Source: Eledone cirrhosa | Lineage: Eukaryota | Direction of reading: 5' to 3' | Length of the DNA: 64,000 bases | NCBI GenBank assembly: GCA_964016885.1 | Contig: OZ024740.1 | Span: 222,394,001 to 222,458,000 of the forward strand | Shown: positions 58,266-64,000 of the stretch, in pieces | Position numbering within the stretch: the first letter of the stretch is position 1 | Layout: each line of letters starts with the position of its first letter | Program-made: the position numbers and the translations under genes | The notes under the pieces: model-generated | Database searches by the model: none | The model's input: the letters and a program-made list of their open reading frames with translations, nothing else | Told to the model about the DNA's origin: nothing

Positions 58266-58722
58266 CACTATATGTATATATATATGTATATATATATATA
58301 TACACTATATGTATATATATATGTATATATATATATATACACTATATGTATATATATATGTATATATATATATATACACTATATGTATATATATATGTAT
58401 ATATATACATATGTATATATAAATATATATATACACACTATATGTATATATATATGTATATATATATGTATATGTATACATATATATATATACATACTAT
58501 ATATATATATATATATACACTATATATTTATATATATGTATATATATATACACTATATGTATACAAACTATATATATAGTAGAGAGTCAAAAGCCAAGAT
58601 GGCTAAGCTCGTCATTTTGACAGCAAATTCCAACTCAGCTGTTGGGCCTTAACTTTCTACTATATTTACGCTCTATTATACACTAGCTACTGGTTTAAAA
58701 TAGTATAATCCTGATCTCTCTT

Positions 58723-58753
<31 letters not shown>

Positions 58754-60869
58754 TCGCAGAAAACTATTATGTAAGACGAAAACATAACTGTGTCACTACT
58801 TCACTGGCTTCTTTGCTTTCATGCAATTTCACACTTTAAATTGTCATTGTATTTGTAATTCCAGTTTGTGCAACAGATTGGAGAACTTCTCTGTTGGTAA
58901 GATGCATGTGAGATGATAAGAAAAAATAAAGAATGGATAGGAAAATTTACAGCTGTCATTAGACAAAAACAGATAAATTTATAAACATATTTTGACTGGA
59001 AAATGTTAGCAGACTAAGCATATAAAATGTGCAACACATTAACATTGAAAAAAGAGAAAGATTTAGATTTTCATCAAAGAAATGAGGTTAGGTGACTGAG
59101 CTTAACAAAAGATTTGCTACTACATCTGAATAGACGGATCTTTAGCAGACATGGTGACAACTCCATTTTAGACATCTATCAAGTTTTTGTTGCATGTGGC
59201 AAAGGTAGAGGTTCAAAGGGTTAAATGTGAAATGAATGCAAAATGATACAATCTTGATTTATTCAAGATAGGAAACATTTTAGAAACGCTAGGCAATAGA
59301 TAGCAACAATAACATTTAACTGAAAAATATATTGCATTTAAATTAAGGAAACATTTATCTTCAGATACATAGTCTTGGTGAATTTTTCATTCTTATCACT
59401 ATTGCAATGCTTGAATCCTACATTTTAGAAATGTGTGGTGAGTGAAGGTGGAAGGAAATTTTTTATATATAAAAAAAAACGTCACCAAGGGTGCTAATTT
59501 GCTTTTCGTTAGCCAACTACAGCATGAAAAAAACATTATGGTTCTACATTTGAAACATAACTGGAGAAGTAATGGCAAGGCCTAACTTGTTTATTGCATT
59601 AGATCAAAGAAGGTTTTCATGTCTTGTCAAGTAAAAAAAAATTCTTTTGACTGTCAGCCTAGCCATGAAGATAAGAGACTATCATTTATTTCTTTTTAAA
59701 AGGCTATATATAAACACACAAACACAAATAGATAAACATTCACACACTGATGTGTGTATATATATATGCTACATTGCACACACACACACACACACACGTG
59801 TGTGTGTGTGTGCATTTATATATATATATATATATACATATATATGTGGATGTTAAACATGCACACACATTAATGCATGTCAGTATATATATATATACAT
59901 TTATGATCATTTATGTGTGTGTATGTGTATATGATCACATATATAGCCTGTATATAGCGATCAATAAATATAAAAGAATATGAATATATATGAATATGTA
60001 TGTAGGTATATCTATCTGGTGTGTGAATATATATATAGATATACCTATAAATGAATATAAACATGTATATATGTGCATGTAGTTATATCTATCTGCTTCA
60101 TAAATATGTCATTTTATATATATATGTATATATACATGTACACACATTTATGTATACTTTTATATACAAACTCATAACAACAAACATACAAATGCATGTG
60201 AGTGTGTGCATGTGTATGTGTTTGCATGAATTTACCAAGACACTGATGAATAACTCGGGCTGAATGGAACCAAGCAGAGGAACTATAATGCCAGCTATTG
60301 AAGATAGATAAACATAGAGAATTTTTAAGCATGTGTCTGCAATATCAAAGAATGAATCTAGTTATCAATAATATTAAAAATTGGTATCGGAATTCTGTAT
60401 CTTTCTTAATAGTTTTTACTTATTTTTGAGAGTAATAACAACTTTGAAACTTTTTAAAAGAAATATCAGTGTGTTCCATACACGAAAGCTATATAATACA
60501 TAACATTTTCAATAAATTTTCATTGATGTATATGACAGGGATATTGACAAGTAGCATTCAGTGAAATATTAGTTACAGGAATTTTACCTATATTTATTAT
60601 TTAAAAAGAAAAAAATAATATGCTGCTTTGCATGTCTTAAAAAAACTGTATGCAAATTCTGTCAGTGAAAATTGTAAATTGTATATTGGGACAAATATCA
60701 GTTATCTAATTCTAATTTTTCATTTTTCTATTTGAAAAGTTATTGTCATCTTCAGCACCAGCATTGTCCTCCACCTCCTCATCTTCCTCCTCCTCCTCAT
60801 AATCATCATCATTATCAACACCACCACCACTAACAACAACAACACAAAATCGCCATCACTACCACCGTA

Positions 60870-61110
60870 AGTCAATAAGAAAGCCAGTTAAAAATAATAG
60901 TTAAATCTTCTATTGAAACTCAAAAAAACAGGACACATTAGATAATATAAAAATTAATAGACCTCTGTCAGTTTCAATGAAGAGCGTTCCAGTGTTCTGA
61001 TCAATAGCATGGCCTACTCATTAAATTAATATGTAAGTGGCTGAGTATTCCACAGATACATATGCTTTTAACCTAATTTTCGGTGAGATTTAGCATGATA
61101 AGTGTGTGAA
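60870..61110 (-). mobile_element. Degenerate interspersed repeat, probably a SINE
   Basis: 'gtaagtggctgagtattccacagataca...gagatttagcatga' resembles an abundant cephalopod repeat as I recall it; not verified. Confidence 0.35.
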
Positions 61111-61169
61111 ATTGATTTGAATTGTAAATACAGTATATCTGACAGATTTCCAAGCAGTTTCCTTGTGTC

Positions 61170-62130
61170 AAGTATTTTCCAATTTCTCTCACAAGACTTT
61201 GGTTTATCCTGTATGTTGCCCTGGACCTGCCAGTTTTGTGGGCTTCTTCGGTTTTAGGTAGCCTCAAGTTGCAGATAACTGGATAGTGATCAGTTGACAG
61301 CTCAGCCCCTCTCTTAACATGAACATCCAGTACAGAATCAACGATTTCAGAGAAAATAACAAAATCAATTATTGATCTCTGTCCCTGATTACCCTTATAC
61401 TAAGTATATTTATGGATGTCTCTGTGCTAGAATAAGGTGTTCATAACAAAAGTCTAATAAGGCCTCTCCATTTGTATTTAAATTGGGTCACCATTCCGTC
61501 CAATCATTCCTTTCCATGTCAGGTGGTCAGTGCCAACATTTGCATTTAATTCTCCCATCAGGATATATGACTCAGTCTTAACTACATCTAACGCTGCAGT
61601 GATTTAATCAAGGAAGGATCTGTATTCAGACTCCTTTGGTGCATAAACATGCACCCCCCACAGAGACCTATCTTTCAGTCTAAGCTTTAAGAAGCAAATC
61701 CTTCCTCTTAATGGAATCCAGTTCAGAAAACATGTGATAGCCAGGGGCGTGTGGTTATGATTCACTCCTGCAGTTATTTCTGGTGCCACACCTGAATAGT
61801 GGAGTTTCCATCCTCCATCCAAATCTACAGTATCAGAGCTTCAGAACTTTGTTGAAGAAACGCTGACTATATCTCGCCAGTAGCAACCAGTCTCCTCCAC
61901 TAGTTCCTGCTGTTGTACAAGTAATCATTTTGTAAAGTTGAACCTTACTGTGTAATGCACTACTCCAGTTGCTGTTGAGACTTCAGGAGTTCTAGGTCCA
62001 TCATCTGCTATTTCCTTAACAAAATTGGAAAAACAGCAGCGCACCTAAGAAAGGAGCCTGTGAAGTAGAGTGGTTATTGTAGTGGGTCTCACTGGCCATG
62101 CTCCATGGCAAGGCTACCGTTATTTTGTCT
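61170..62130 (-). mobile_element. Old RTE (Expander/Rex3-like) LINE 5' part, APE endonuclease remnant
   Basis: GWKLHYSGVA..AGV..RICFLKLRLKDRSLWGVHVYAP; KRGAELSTDHYPV. Confidence 0.75.
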
Positions 62131-62477
62131 GCTAGATGCAGCTAGAGAGACACCAATCACACTGGGGTGTAGATTCTGTTGGTCCCTCATCTTTTCCCTT
62201 CCGTTCATTGTTTAATTTCTTCTTTCATTATCTTTCTTTTCTTTTTCTTCTATTCTTCATTTCCTTATTGCTGTATGTAAATATTTCTGTAAATAAATAT
62301 ATTAAAGATAAATATATATGTAAATGGACTACTCAGCTGAATTGCATGTTAATTCAATGAATAGGTTATTCTGTTGATCAAATAATTGAACATTCATATT
62401 TCATTCTAAGCAGGAGAGTTCATGAGAGTGTGTCTATGTCTATTAATATACATGTCCATATCTATGCATTAACCCTT

Positions 62478-62600
62478 AGCTTTGACTTTCATCATTACTG
62501 GGTCAATAAAATAAAGTACCGTTATGTACTGGGGGTAAATTAAATCGAATTTCTCCTCCCTCAAAATCGTTGGCTTTGTGACTGAATCAAAACCATTATC
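62478..62600 (+). mobile_element. Degenerate SINE family A-related fragment
   Basis: ctttgactttcatc..gggtcaataaaataaagtacc..tactgggg..ttggctttgtg. Confidence 0.6.
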
Positions 62601-64000
62601 ATGTTTTTAATGAAAAATATTGCATACGATTTTTAAATAATTTTTAAAATAATAAAAATTGGAAATATTTAGTAAAATAACTTTCTCATAATTAATCTGC
62701 TTTGAAGCCTAACTTCACAGATGTGTTCTTACTTGAAATTATGATGGCAGGCTTTTAGGCAAATATGAACACTTTAAAATAAACAAGACAGTTTCAGGTG
62801 ATTTAGTATCAAAATAGTTGGTTTTAGAATATAAATCATATTTTCTAGTGACAAACTAAAATTTAACAGTATTCATATTTTTGAAATATTAAGGTGGAAC
62901 TAATTTGAAGTTAAAAAAAGCAAAGTTTGTTCAACTTTACTTTAGTTCATGAATAATAGTGAAGATGGTGACATTAGTAACACAATCAGCATGGTATTCA
63001 TACTTTTGAAGAAGATTCTCTTGCTGATTATATTTTCAATTAATTCTTTTGTAGCATACCAAAATGTAATAGTCTCATTAGCTGAAATATTTTGAAAATT
63101 GACTATAGTTTATACTATTCTTATTCTCAAAGTTTCATAGGTCAATATAATTATGCTATATTCATAACAAATTATCTTTCTACTATACCAATGCATTTAT
63201 TATCTACTAAATTTCACTCAGGTTTACAGTAATATACAACCAAATATTAATACAAATGTAGATAATCTATGATGTTATATGACATCATACAATTTACTAT
63301 TAACATATCAACTTAGTTTAGTTATATCTAGAAACATTTATTTCAATTTTGTCAGTCTGAGCTATGAATGTTACAGACAGCATCATAAATATTACTTAAT
63401 CTTTCTTTCGTTTCATAAGTGTCTACAGAAAATGATGTCACATTCAGTTTATAGTAGATTTATGTGTCTTATTGAATAATATACCTGATTTTCATCCTAA
63501 TTATTTTACTATAGTTTCAAGAAAATTAATTTCACAGTTTACCCTGTGATATCAGAAAATATAGAGTGCATATCATGTAGTGCTTCAACCAGCCACATAA
63601 ACAATTTACTGCCATTAAAGACAGCCGGTAGAATTCAATCTAAGAAAAATACTTTGGTTCAGTCATCATCATCATCATAGCTGTCACTTTTACATTGGCA
63701 TTTTATCCATGCTAATATGGATCGGATAGGATATTTTTGAAGCAGTATTTTACAAACACTTCCTTAATTTTTAAAGTAAGGTACTAATTTTCATGTCAAA
63801 CCACTAAGGTCGCACAGCTTTTGTCCATGTAGGTCATGAACCTCACTGCTAGTCATATCAAATACAAAGCAGAGGCACAGACAAACACACACATGGATGC
63901 ACATATATATTCATAAACAAACATCGACAGAGACCCCCAGACACAAACACACACACATACACACTCTCTCTTTATCTCTCTCTCATGCATACACACCTAT

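Noticed and set aside
58580-64000. Short ORFs in the right flank as host exons
   Set aside because: The region is AT-rich, low-complexity and old repeat sequence with no supported coding signal apart from the LINE remnant.

Overview
AT-rich animal DNA with no recognisable host exon. The SINE and LINE families and the huge (TA)n tracts suggest a cephalopod such as Octopus (inference). Most long ORFs in the track are translations of (TA)n microsatellites. The real content is nested retroelements: (1) a decayed CsRn1/Kabuki-clade Ty3/gypsy element (about 1745-6080, minus strand; tRNA-Trp PBS, CHCC Gag, 5' LTR only); (2) four RTE-type LINE families, two with a PHD finger inside the RT domain; (3) Penelope-like elements (PLEs): one Neptune-like and two Naiad-like; (4) several tRNA-derived SINE families. 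The most notable signal is non-coding. At least 13 complete type I hammerhead ribozyme motifs from about 7 sequence families sit in short islands inside the (TA)n tracts. These include a near-identical 310-bp tandem array with one minimal hammerhead per unit (25587-27160) and a 465-bp hammerhead repeat. Both look like non-LTR retrozymes lying next to candidate PLE helpers. Fold-back hairpins and twin-priming inversions recur across the window. There is a 200-N gap at 15050-15249. All structures and alignments were read by eye, so boundaries are approximate.
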